DNA of 58,688 nucleotides. Source: Octopus bimaculoides. Its lineage: Eukaryota. The DNA is taken from positions 100,580,902 through 100,639,589 of the forward strand of contig NC_068984.1 of assembly GCF_001194135.2 (NCBI RefSeq), given 5' to 3'. Positions 1 to 12,191 of the stretch are shown here, in pieces. Below the pieces are notes generated by a model. That model was not told the origin of the DNA and did not search any database. It saw only the letters and a list, made by a program, of their open reading frames with translations. Each line of letters begins with the position of its first letter. The stretch's first letter is position 1. A program made the position numbers and the translations under genes.

Positions 1-135
1 GAAAATTGGCAACCAAACAGAAAGGATCCAATAATTACTCAACGGAGGATACTCAGCTAAATACTCATCAATCTGAAGATACATTAATTACATGAAAGTC
101 ACATTGTTATTAAGGAATCCGAAGTTTACTTGCCG

Positions 136-343
136 AGCACGCCGGGCGAAATGCTTAGCGGTATTTCGTCTGCCGTTACATTCTGAGTTCAAATTCCGCC
201 GAGGTCGATTTTGCCTTTCATCCTTTCGGAGTCGATTAAATAAGTACCTGTTACGCACTGGGGTCAATGTAATCGACTTAATCCCTTTGTTTGTCCTTGT
301 TTGTCTTCTCTATGTTTAGCCCCATGTGGGCAATAAAGAAATA
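136..343 (+). mobile_element. SINE family A (tRNA-derived head, Nin/Deu-like core), subfamily A1, 5'-truncated
   Basis: B-box GAGTTCAAATTCC; core GCCTTTCATCCTTTCGGAGTCGAT; tail ...GGGCAATAAAGAAATA; near-identical to copies at 23389 and 57552. Confidence 0.9.
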
Positions 344-349
344 GATATA

Positions 350-1955
350 ATTTGAAATGAGCCGGAAGAAGACAGTAGGAAGACAAAAAGTAAAAAAAAA
401 CAAAACAAAGAAGATAAAAATAAAAATAAAACAAATGTTTGAAGAAATAAGCTGGTCAGTAAGTAAGAAAAGTGAAGGAAGGGGTAAAATATTTGTGAGT
501 AAGGAATTGTCCAAAATTGTTAAGAATAAAGAAAATGAGAGGGGGAGAGGGGATTTAGTGTAGATGGATGCTGACTTTAGGGTAAGAGTTTTTGTGGTTA
601 TTAAGCTGGGGCCTCTTTACTGTGTTTACAGTAAATTAGTACAATGGCGCACCCATGCGTAAACATTTATACAGATGAAAATTTTGGAGAGATGTAATGG
701 TTAAGAATGAGAAATAAAAGAAAAGGAAGAGGAGTGGGAGTTTGGTGGAATTGTAAGGAAGGAAGAAGAGGACAGAAAGGAAAAAAGAGGGAGATTGGAG
801 GTGAAGATTGTTTTATTAAGGGGGAACATAGTAGTTTTAGTCGGTCGCTTACTAATCATGGTAAATATTCATACATATTCGCGTACCCGCGAATACGTAT
901 GAATGTGCCCAGTATCAGCTTAGGTATACACTTGTGCGTACGCGCATGGATATTTCCATGAAGAAGATATAAAGAGATCACAGAGTTAAGGAAATGTATA
1001 AAGATAGCTTTAAAAAATATATGTTGTAAATACATTAAAGAAATTCAAGGTGTTGGGGTGGGGGAATGTAGGAAGATTAGCTTTGGGATTATCGGGGAAG
1101 GTAGTATTATTTGTACCTTAAGAAGATATTACATAATTTGTGCCGTTCATTAAGGCAGACGCTGCATTTCAAAATAGATAAGATTGCTGTGATGCAGAGG
1201 TCGCATTTGTTATAACCGTTATACTGTTTGGTATGGGTAACAATGGACCATTTTAAACTGTACACAACTGAGTTATTTTTAGGTTATGAATGAGCCTAGA
1301 TAAAGAGGCATTGTTAGTTTTCGCTTGAGCTCTAAAGCTAGAATAGTGGTTAGTAATTGTGACCTTGAAGGTAGTGCTGCACGGGCTGTGCATACTTGGA
1401 ATTTTCCGTGGAGATCGTAACTTATATACTATATTTTTCGTGAGGCATTTATTTTCCAAGGGACGGGAAGTGGGGAATCTACAGCTGCATAGATTTCTAA
1501 AGGGTGCTAAAGCAGAGTTCGTGGGTCACCTGGGGTTAACTGGGTGTTATATTTAATATATGTCTCGGCGTTTCCATTACTATTGGTTGTGGTGGTGAGG
1601 GAGCCGTTCGTGTGGTGTAGCTTATAATAGCTCCCAATATCATTCTTATTCTTTCCTTCAATAGTTGGTACAGCCGGATCGTTGGGTTGGGTTTGTTTGA
1701 CGGGATTGAGTGGATTGGGATTAATGGCGTGAGAATCGGCGTTGTTAAGAAGGTTTAATGAAGTTCTAGGGCTATGTTTGGGCTATAGTGTGTTGTCTTT
1801 GTAAGATAAAGGCGAACATTTTTTTCAGCTTATCGAACTTCGATGTGGGAAAAGCCTACAACCTTCGATGCCAATAGATTATTATTGTTTCTAAACGTTG
1901 TCTTTTATACCTGCCAAGGAATGCTCGAAGCTTCCTACACGAAACTTCCTACACT
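350..1955 (-). mobile_element. Penelope-like retroelement remnant with frameshifted GIY-YIG endonuclease and probable 3' UTR
   Basis: Minus-strand translation of about 1490-1135 gives CSCRFPTSRPLENKCLTKNIVYK...CSTTFKVTITNHYSSF...SLSRLIHNLK, then in another frame KWSIVTHTKQYNGYNKCDLC. This matches the PLE pattern CNC..CPL.GKCL...IVYKA...F..R..NH..SF...LSK.IW.LK..KWEI...C.LC. Outer boundaries approximate. Confidence 0.75.
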
Positions 1956-1993
1956 TAGATATTACATACATACATACATGCATACATACATAT

Positions 1994-2043
<50 letters not shown>

Positions 2044-2439
2044 GGAGAATTCACAAAAAANNNNNNNNNNNNNNNNNNNNNNNNNNNNNNNNNNNNNNNN
2101 NNNNNNNNNNNNNNNNNNNNNNNNNNNNNNNNNNNNNNNNNNNNNNNNNNNNNNNNNNNNNNNNNNNNNNNNNNNNNNNNNNNNNNNNNNNNNNNNNNNN
2201 NNNNNNNNNNNNNNNNNNNNNNNNNNNNNNNNNNNNNNNNNNNNNNNNNNNNNNNNNNNNNNNNNNNNNNNNNNNNNNNNNNNNNNNNNNNNNNNNNNNN
2301 NNNNNNNNNNNNNNNNNNNNNNNNNNNNNNNNNNNNNNNNNNNNNNNNNNNNNNNNNNNNNNNNNNNNNNNNNNNNNNNNNNNNNNNNNNNNNNNNNNNN
2401 NNNNNNATATATATATGTATATGTATGTATGTGTGTGTG

Positions 2440-2478
<39 letters not shown>

Positions 2479-2630
2479 GGAGAATTCACAAAAAAAACAA
2501 AAGACGAAGACAGGTGGTGTAGAAAAAAGTCTTTAACGTTTCGAGCCTACGCTCTTCCACAGAAAGGAACACAGAAAGAAACAAGGAGAGAAACAAGAAG
2601 AGAAAAAAATGTGTGTAGTGGTTAGCGATC
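2479..2630 (-). mobile_element. Short repeat family P1 (probable Penelope pseudo-LTR/3' end) with hammerhead-like motif, abutting (TA)n
   Basis: Reverse complement matches 31200-31392 and 55759-55895; these three copies end at GAATTCTCC next to a TA tract. Confidence 0.7.
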
Positions 2631-2747
2631 GGACAACAAAACTAAGGCAGGGTGAGCATCTCAAGTCATTTAGAATATTTAATTAGAGCAAGGTGAATTT
2701 GAGATGATTAACTAATGAATTAGTTCATCAACTGATTAATTATTAGA

Positions 2748-2825
2748 TGTCTTACAGCTGTTTCTGGGATATCCCAAGTGATGGGTTAGCATCTCTATAC
2801 ACTGGGTAATCCGTCATCAGAGACA
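2748..2825 (-). ncRNA. Type I hammerhead ribozyme candidate
   Basis: Minus strand: UGUCU-CUGAUGA-[CGGAUUACCCAGUG...CACUUGGGAUAUCCCA]-GAAA-CAGCUG-UA-AGACA. Core complete, perfect 5-bp stem I, palindromic stem III ACAGCUGU, GUA cleavage triplet at 2755-2753. Confidence 0.75.
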
Positions 2826-3420
2826 AGGCAAAATTATTTTTCAAGTATATAACTATAAAGATATAATCATAATTAAGGGCGCTGGAAGGCCAGCACCTAG
2901 AAGTTGATGTCAAATACCTACAATCCACTCTAATGCAAGGTCGAATGCAAGTTAATGAGCAAGAAGATTTACAAAATTTCGGATAATCCTATATCTTAAG
3001 ATTTCATGCTCTGTAATAAAGATTACTTTTCAATCCCCAGTAGAGATACACCGACAAATATACAAGCGAAAAATACATATACATAGCGATAAATTTACCC
3101 GCACAGATACCAATATATATATGTATTTCTCGCGTATATAATCCATCTTCTAGTCCATCTCGACAATGTTGTTAATGGGGTAAATATAGTACCACCACAT
3201 AATATAATGACTCGCGAACTCAAAAATTATTCATACTTATAAATTGAAGATCATAATTTTAATGATTATATCAGCGGCTAGCATTAAAAAAAATGAACAT
3301 ATCGGTAAAATTAAGTTTTAAGTATATAATTATATACTTAAAAATATATATTCATATATATACAAACATATATTCGTCGGCCTCTGCGCGGGAGTATGTG
3401 TGTACATATGTGTGTATGTA

Positions 3421-3456
<36 letters not shown>

Positions 3457-3821
3457 NNNNNNNNNNNNNNNNNNNNNNNNNNNNNNNNNNNNNNNNNNNN
3501 NNNNNNNNNNNNNNNNNNNNNNNNNNNNNNNNNNNNNNNNNNNNNNNNNNNNNNNNNNNNNNNNNNNNNNNNNNNNNNNNNNNNNNNNNNNNNNNNNNNN
3601 NNNNNNNNNNNNNNNNNNNNNNNNNNNNNNNNNNNNNNNNNNNNNNNNNNNNNNNNNNNNNNNNNNNNNNNNNNNNNNNNNNNNNNNNNNNNNNNNNNNN
3701 NNNNNNNNNNNNNNNNNNNNNNNNNNNNNNNNNNNNNNNNNNNNNNNNNNNNNNNNNNNNNNNNNNNNNNNNNNNNNNNNNNAGCATTTGATTCATTCAT
3801 AGTGGTCTTCCGTCTTTCCTG

Positions 3822-3853
<32 letters not shown>

Positions 3854-3984
3854 TTATGCTTTCTTTCTTTTTTCATTTTCTCATTCCTACTTGTTTTCTT
3901 CTTCCGTTCTTTTCTTTTCGCTTTCTATTTATCGCAATCGTACATTTATGTAGCCGCCTCCACCTCCACCCCCGCTTGCTCCTA

Positions 3985-4085
3985 CGTTTCTTCTTCTTAT
4001 TCTTCTTCTTCTTCTTCTTCTTCTTCTTCTTCTTCTTCTTCTTCTTCTTCTTCTTCTTCTTCTTCTTCTTCTTTCTTTCTTTCTT
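3985..4085. repeat. (TTC)n microsatellite
   Basis: Directly visible; it explains the poly-F and poly-R ORFs. Confidence 0.95.
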
Positions 4086-4289
4086 GTTTCCTTCATATAC
4101 TTCCGGTTTCCCAATGGTACAAAAACAGGTCTCAAAAGAGGAAGAGTAGTTACTAGATATCTCAATGAAGTGTGCTTACATGCGCACATGCGCGTGTGTA
4201 TGAGTGTGTGCTAATGTATTTTGTATGTGTGTGCATGGTTATACATATGTATATATATAATATATGTATATATATACATACATATATTA

Positions 4290-4504
4290 GGGATGACCAC
4301 TAAGTGGACATCCATTAAGCTAGAGGTAGATCACCTACGATCTGACCACTAAAGATTGTTCTCAAGAAAATTCAGCAAGCACCAGAACGTAAGCGAGCAA
4401 GACAAATGAAAATATGCAAAATATAAAGAATTCTTTATATTCTAGTGGTCAGATCGTAGGTGATCTACTTCTAGCATAATGGATGTCCACTTAGTGGTCA
4501 TCCC
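4290..4504. mobile_element. MITE with 62-bp terminal inverted repeats and TA target duplication (Tc1/mariner-type non-autonomous element)
   Basis: 4288-4351 is the reverse complement of 4443-4506 with 2 mismatches in 64 bp, including the flanking TA; each TIR carries TGACCACTA twice. Confidence 0.9.
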
Positions 4505-4929
4505 TATTATATGTATGTAATATAATTTTTCTGAATCTTCAGATTTTTTCAGTATGCTAGGCCACTGGCTTTAAATTGATATTAATCAAATTAATATTCA
4601 ATTTGTCACCCTTATTATTTAAATAATTTAAATATGTATAGATACATATATATAGATATATATGTATGTATATATATATATATGTGTGTGTATATATATA
4701 TATATANNNNNNNNNNNNNNNNNNNNNNNNNNNNNNNNNNNNNNNNNNNNNNNNNNNNNNNNNNNNNNNNNNNNNNNNNNNNNNNNNNNNNNNNNNNNNN
4801 NNNNNNNNNNNNNNNNNNNNNNNNNNNNNNNNNNNNNNNNNNNNNNNNNNNNNNNNNNNNNNNNNNNNNNNNNNNNNNNNNNNNNNNNNNNNNNNNNNNN
4901 NNNNNNNNNNNNNNNNNNATATATACACG

Positions 4930-6432
4930 CACACACATTTATACGTATGTATGTATAAAAAAGAAAACAAAAAATGGAACAAAAACGTATCAGGCGACAA
5001 CAAAACATCCGGACAATTAGATAATACAAAAAGTGACAGGATAAAAAAAACAAGGAGTTTTCTATCTTCAGTCGAGTTCCAGTTTTTCTCAGCAGTTTCG
5101 GTTGGTTACACTCGAGACTGCTCCAGTCTGGCTGGCCCCAAGAAAATCTAAGCTAACAGCACTAGATTCCTTGGAAGAAAGCAAGTGAATGTATACGAAA
5201 ACAAGGACGAAAAAGCCCCCAGAGAAATGGTACACAAATACAAATGCAAAGAACAGGACATTCTCAACAGGTGTCTTTCGATTAAGGAGGAATTAAATTA
5301 AGCTGGCGTGTGTGGAAATGAAGCTTTACGGCAGGGACATAAGAGATGAAAGTCATGAGAAGCAATATAGATGCTGCATGGATCATAGTCGAACCAAGAA
5401 AGGTCAGGCTTGGCGGCACACCGGTCACGTGGAAGGAGAGGAGAGAGAGATAGGTGCAGAGGGATAGAAGAATTAGGGAGGGACGAGAAAGAGAGAAAAA
5501 AGAAAAGGGACAGAGTGAGGTAAAAGAGAAGGTAAGGTGAGAATGAAGGAAAGGCCAAGAAATGTGTGAGAGAACGGGTCCCTGCCGAAACTGCTGAGAA
5601 AATCTGGAACTCGACTGAAGATAGAAAACTACGAATGACCCGTCCTTGTTTTTTCCTGTCCTTTTTTGTATCGTCTAACTGCCCGGATGTTTTGTTCTCG
5701 CCTGTTGCGTTCTTGTTCCATTTTTGTTTTCTTTTTTATATATACATATTGCGGCGTACGTACACTTTTGGTCTCTTATATGAAAGTAATATATATATAT
5801 CTAAATTCTGTACGACTCTCTTATTCTTTCTTTCAACCCTTTCACACTTACTTCGTTCTTTCCCCTTTTCTTTTTCTCGCTCCCCGTCTCTCACATTCCT
5901 TGGCCTTTCCTTCATTCTCACCTTCCTTCCTCTTTTACCTCGCTCTGTCCCTTTTCTTTTTTATTTCTTTCTCGTCCTTCTCTAATTCTTCTATCCCTCT
6001 TCCATACTTCTCTCTTCTCTTTCCACGTGACCGGTGTTCCGCCAAGCTTCACCTTTCTTTCTTGGTTCGACTACATTCCGTGCAGCATCTATATTCCTTC
6101 CCATGACTTTCATCTCTTATGTCCCTGCCGTAAGGCTTTACTTCCACACACGCCAGCTTAATTTAATACGTCCTTAGTCGAAAGACACCTGTTGTTTGTA
6201 TTTGTATTTGTGTACCATTTCTCCAGTTTTTTTCGTCCTTGTTTTCGTATACATTCGCTTGCTTTCTTCCAAGGAATCTAGTGCTCTTAGCTTAGATTTT
6301 TTGGGGGCCGGCCAGATTGGAGTAGTCTCGAGTGTAACCGACCGAAACTGCTGAGAAAATCTGGAACTCGACTGATGATAGAAAGCTCCGAATGACTCGT
6401 CCTTGTCTTTTCCTGTTCTTTTTTTTGTATCA
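4930..6432. repeat. Inverted plus partial tandem duplication of an unclassified 550-650 bp repeat
   Basis: About 5020-5579 is the diverged reverse complement of about 5881-6432; 5585-5745 is a second copy of the unit's end and matches about 4930-5100 in reverse. Confidence 0.85.
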
Positions 6433-6946
6433 CCTACTTAGAGTAATTTCAGCAATACAATAATTGTTATCTACAAACCACTTCCGGATTGCGTACNNNN
6501 NNNNNNNNNNNNNNNNNNNNNNNNNNNNNNNNNNNNNNNNNNNNNNNNNNNNNNNNNNNNNNNNNNNNNNNNNNNNNNNNNNNNNNNNNNNNNNNNNNNN
6601 NNNNNNNNNNNNNNNNNNNNNNNNNNNNNNNNNNNNNNNNNNNNNNNNNNNNNNNNNNNCGTACTTAGTTTTCAATGGCTCAGTATTTAACGCTACATAA
6701 ATATCTTCCTAGCTCTCAGCTTTCACTTGCAATCAAATATGACTTGGTCACAAAAAAACCCCACAGCTTCTTCTGATGCATTATTCCTTTATTCTTTCGT
6801 TTAAAGGCTCATTTATTCGTACGTTGGTTTAGACGCTATCTCACACCTCGCACCCTAGACCCAGCGAAACATCAAAGAGAAAGCGGTGCGCGGGTATTTA
6901 TCTCACAGATGGGAGTAACTTTTACCTCCTTGTAACACTGTTGCAA

Positions 6947-7460
6947 CAGTGGTTCTCAACCGATGTCCATATGGCTTTTGGGGTCCATATAAGATTTTGC
7001 TGTAAAAATTTATGAACAATAAATTGTTTATACTTCTGTTATACACCAAACATTTAAACATTTTTTAAAAATACGTCTCCTAACGATATGTAATTCTAAA
7101 AATATAAGAAGAGTTTTTGAATATCGAATAGGTATGAGCAGTGATTCTCAACCATTTTTTTTTAGCTATGGACCCCTTTAATTAGGATTTTATTCTGGTG
7201 GACCCCGATACATATTCGACGTCTAAAAATTAGTTTTATAAACGCTTCTTTGAAAATTCCTATTTTGTTTTTCACACCTTAGCTTGTGTTGGTTGAACCG
7301 TGTAAAACGTCAGAGAAAGAAAACTAGCTGTTTCTTGCAGTACATGCCGATCTAAAGTAAAAATTTTTCAGGTCCCTTAATATTTTATTGTAAATTGAAA
7401 ATTGCTTGGAGCAAGAGTCCCCAAACATCGAGCGTGGGACATTTGGCACTGGGCCACACA
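6947..7460. mobile_element. Two nested or partial hAT-type MITEs
   Basis: CAGTGGTTCTCAAC terminus at 6947 and CAGTGATTCTCAAC at 7139; the first is similar to 33581-33826 and is interrupted by the second; right ends not located. Confidence 0.65.
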
Positions 7461-7818
7461 CGGTAAATAAATTTTAGAATTTTATTACAATTTTATTGGT
7501 TATCACTGTCAGCAGGGTGTTTTTGTATTATACAAGTATTATCTTTTATAAGGAGAATTATGTCTTTACTTTGGACACTCCTTAGTTCATCAACGAGCTG
7601 GTAACTATTAATATCCTTGATTTAGCATATTCTTTATTTCTCTCTCTCTCCGGTGACGTTTTAGTTAGCTTATGTGGAAATCTTTACTCGAAAACATATG
7701 CGACACATACTGAACTATTCTACAAACGGCTGTCATTATTTATTTACCATAACTACTTTGAACTGTTTCAACTATGAACTAAATGCTCTAAACTGAAATC
7801 ACATGTTTTGCTTACTCT

Positions 7819-8010
7819 TTTACTTGTTCCAGTCATTTGACTGCGGCCATACCGGTGCACCGCCTTTAGTCGAACAAATCGACCCCATGACTTATCCTTA
7901 GTGATCCTAGTACTTATTCTAACGGTCTTTTGCCGAACCGCTAAGTTACGATAACGTAAACACACCAACATCGGTTGTCAAAGAGATGGTGGAGGGACAA
8001 ATACAGACAC
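7819..8010 (-). mobile_element. SINE family B, 3' half, running into its internal (CA/TG)n tract
   Basis: CAGTCATTTGACTGCGGCCAT...GCCGAACCGCTAAGTTACG...; homologous to 22306, 26675, 40455 and 41291. Confidence 0.85.
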
Positions 8011-8069
8011 ACACATACATACATACATACATGTGTGTATGTGTGTGTGTATGTGTGTGTGTGTGTGAG

Positions 8070-8155
<86 letters not shown>

Positions 8156-8157
<2 letters not shown>

Positions 8158-8514
8158 GCCATATCGCGTGATTTCGAATTTTGATGCAGAGCATCTTTCT
8201 CGTCAACTTACTAAGATAGTGCTTTTGTGGCTAATGAGTTATTTTGACTCTTATTTCTAGCAATGCTGGTACCACGTTGTACCCTCTGTCACTTTAGTGA
8301 TGTCTATAAATTAGCCTTTAAGTTTTTAAATTGCTAATAAGCCACCCACATTATTTATAGTTTGCACTTCTAGCGTTCTTAAAAGAAGTACATGTTTTCA
8401 ACGGTTTTTCTATAAGTTTACGAGACGAGTTGAGCTTAATCCTAGGCGCAGTAAGAGCTACTGACGAAAATTAAGATGCTATGCATCAAAATTCGAAATC
8501 ACGTGATATGGCTA
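8156..8514. mobile_element. MITE with about 43-bp TIRs at a TA run
   Basis: ATATAGCCATATCGCGTGATTTCGAATTTTGATGCAGAGCATC (8153-8195) is the reverse complement of 8475-8517 with 2 mismatches. Confidence 0.85.
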
Positions 8515-9239
8515 TATCTGCGACCGTAGGGAGCTTTGTTTCCCTTGTCAACTTACTAAGATAGTGCTTTGTGGCTAATGAGGCGTTTTGACTCTTATTT
8601 CTAGCAATGCTGATACCACTTTGTATCCTCTGTCATTTTAATGACGACTATAAATACACACATAAACATTCATGGAAAATACTCACATACATACATATAT
8701 ACTTACATCTATACTCACATATTAACCAAATCTCAGATAACATAGACACACTCACGAAATACAGACATCATATATTACCCACTACAGCGTAACTCAGATA
8801 AGTAACAAGCTTGCATAGACGCAAGATAACACACACACATACATACACACGTGCAAACACACACCTGCCAAAGCACAGACATTACACATACACGTATGCA
8901 GACACACAGATACTTGGGATGTTCCTATTTCAATGACTGCCTTTGGAAGAACACCAAAGCCGTCAAACGGTCGCCGTAGGAGATAAAGGAGGTCAGTAAA
9001 AGGCAGCAAAGGTGATGAAAGATGAACTCCATTGAGGTGGGGGTAATGGCTAATAATGGTGATGTGGTGGTAGTGGTAGTGAAGGTGGTTTCAATAGTAG
9101 TAGTAGTAGTAGGGTTGGAATGTGAGGGGAGTTGTATAGACGTGCGTCTGTAGAATTGTGTTATTGAGAGTGCATGTTACACGTACATACATATAACTTA
9201 TAAACAAACATACATATATGTATCTATCAATATATATAT

Positions 9240-9485
9240 CGTTGATATTATGTTAAATTGTCGTATGTCCAAATTTGACTAAAAGCGTTTTTGCAATATT
9301 TATTTTAGCTTGCAATAGCCGGTTCTTTTGGTCAAACTATCGTATCTCCAGCTGTTTCTGATACCAAGATATCAAAAGTTGTCAAAGTGTAGCACAATGG
9401 TTTTGCTATGGAATGGTGGAACTATTTTTTCGTTTTCTGAAAATGCAACGTTTGGGACTTATGTCACTTTTGCATAACATCGGTA
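9240..9485. mobile_element. Old MITE with degenerate about 30-bp TIRs
   Basis: Left GATATTATGTTAAATTGTCGTATGTCCAAA versus reverse-complemented right GATGTTATGCAAAAGTGACATAAGTCCCAAA. Confidence 0.45.
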
Positions 9486-9906
9486 CATATACACATGTAT
9501 TCATATACATATATATGTAGCGAATGCCGGTTTATCTTTAAGAAGAAAACTACCCATACAAGTTGAAATTCCTGGCCAAGTAAATAAGACATATGCATTA
9601 TTTTGGAGACCAAGTCCGATCAAATGCACATGGGTACTTCAATATGTATGAATGTATGTATACACACACACACACATCTCTCTTTCTCTCTATCTATCTA
9701 TACGTTTGTGTGCATATATATATATATATAGATAGATAGATATAATAGATGCGAAAGCTAATTTCTGTGTATCAGTGTGTCACACTTCGCCCCCTCTCTC
9801 TCACTATTCATTGACACTCCTACTATTGCTCATGTTGGAGTGAGAGTAATAGTAGGCATAGATTTGGTGAGGGCGGTGGCGATGACAGACAGGGAGAGAA
9901 AGAGAA

Positions 9907-9960
<54 letters not shown>

Positions 9961-10275
9961 NNNNNNNNNNNNNNNNNNNNNNNNNNNNNNNNNNNNNNNN
10001 NNNNNNNNNNNNNNNNNNNNNNNNNNNNNNNNNNNNNNNNNNNNNNNNNNNNNNNNNNNNNNNNNNNNNNNNNNNNNNNNNNNNNNNNNNNNNNNNNNNN
10101 NNNNNNNNNNNNNNNNNNNNNNNNNNNNNNNNNNNNNNNNNNNNNNNNNNNNNNNNNNNNNNNNNNNNNNNNNNNNNNNNNNNNNNNNNNNNNNNNNNNN
10201 NNNNNNNNNNNNNNNNNNNNNNNNNNNNNNNNNNNNNNNNNNNNNNNNNNNNNNNNNNNNNNNNNNNNNNNNNNN

Positions 10276-10354
<79 letters not shown>

Positions 10355-12191
10355 TATTGTCATATTATGAATGCAATATACACATGATAATACTAACATT
10401 TATGCTCATGTAATATATTGAAAGAATTGTGTGTGCATTATTAAAAATAAATACCATAAATTCCAGTCTTTATTTTACTAAATACATACACACATACATA
10501 CAGTTTATTTTTGCATATTAGTTGAGATATTCTGTTTCTGTTTCCAACTTAGCTAGAAATTATAGATTCCATAGATGGGTCTATATAAGCATTAACAAAA
10601 GACATTATATAAGTATAAAATCATACAAATACATAACCATTACAGAGATACACATATATACATATGTGCGTGTTTGTTTGCTTGTGTGTGTGTGTGTGTG
10701 TGTGTGTGTATAACAGAAATTTTTGAAATGGTTAAACTACAACTTTTAAGGCTTTTCTTTGAACACATGTAAATACATCATCTTGTTAGTCTCTTTTACA
10801 CAGAGATTGCCGTAACATATTTCACAGGAAGTTGACCACTCATCAGATCATCAAAGTATAAGTACCTTTCATCCTTCCACCCACAAGCAGGAGTCGTAGT
10901 AGTTGTTATTTAAATCAAACACAAGTCAGGACTTAGCTGTAATGTTTAAACTATTATATATGCGTACCGTGCATTCGCTGACAGTCTGATAATATAATTA
11001 AACATATATGCTCAGCCTAGTGTGTATTAGAAATCTAAATCAAATTTAAAGTAATCAAAATAGAGGTTTTGAAGCCTCTGCTATGAAACTTTGGACAGAT
11101 TTAAATACACCTTGTATTCTTCGCACACAGAAGCGCAGATGTACATATATTTACTGAAAGTTTAGTGCACAAAATAAATTAATACATTCATTTATTCTAT
11201 CATTTCGTCACACCTGTATAATTCTACAAGCACTATTTGCATTGTAAGCCTTCTCCTTATTGCCAAGTAATATCATATTGCTATGTAAAGTATTCATTTG
11301 TCTTATTTATTTTCTTTTCCCATATAAATTCTGTGGTTTGTCTGTCTACGCTAAAGTTCTGTAGCATTTTTGCATTGTTATTTTCTGAAACAGGTAATGG
11401 AGGTCATTTTGGCCAGCTCTTAACAAGAAGACTTTTCAAAGGCGTTCCAGCCGCGATAATTCATTGTTTTTGCATGATTTTTTTTTCTTTCTTTTACATT
11501 GTTCACTGTATCATTCTTTATTTAAGATGGTAATTTGAGAGAAATGTGACTGCTGTTCTCAGTAGCGCTAGTTGTTGGCTCGTGTCAGTATTGTAAAAAA
11601 AAGTCTACCATTTTCCCAGTCTTCCTTTAAAGAATCTCATTTCAGTGTAATGGAATTCGTGGCCTTCTTTCATTTTCTTGAACCCGTGAAGCGGAACCAA
11701 ATCGAAGGCTCTCTAAATAATCCTCTCATAAAACAGATTCTCGTGGGCTCTTATCATACAGTACTGTACTCTGTTGTCAATCAGGAACTGGCCAGTCGTC
11801 CAGAAATATTTGGGGATATCCTCTTCAGGAATGAAACTGATCGGGGAGTGATTCATATTGTGCCTATAGACAGGAAAAGGACAATGGTGAGATAAGCACA
11901 CCATTGGTCTTTTCTTGGGGGTCATTGTTGTCTATCGAACATGACGCAATCCAGGGTGTTATCGATTTATTTATATTTATTTGATATCAATAGCGGCAGT
12001 GGTTGCATGTGATTGCACTATCCCATTGTATTTCTGACTATGAGAGTGACAAGAGTGTTTGTAGCTTGATGTAGAACAAATACCACAAGGAACTTTTATT
12101 TCAAATCGCGAGTTTCCTGTTTATATCCTTCACTGATATACACAGGCAAACGATACGCACATACATGCACAAACATACACATGTATATTCG

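Noticed and set aside
5610-6400. CTGA(A/T)GA...GAATGAC motifs as active hammerheads
   Set aside because: GAAA is replaced by GAAT and there is no valid A15.1-U16.1 pair or stem I; at most decayed
11805-11845. Minus-strand CTGAAGA-GGATATCC-CCAAA hammerhead look-alike
   Set aside because: G12 is missing, and there is no stem I or stem III
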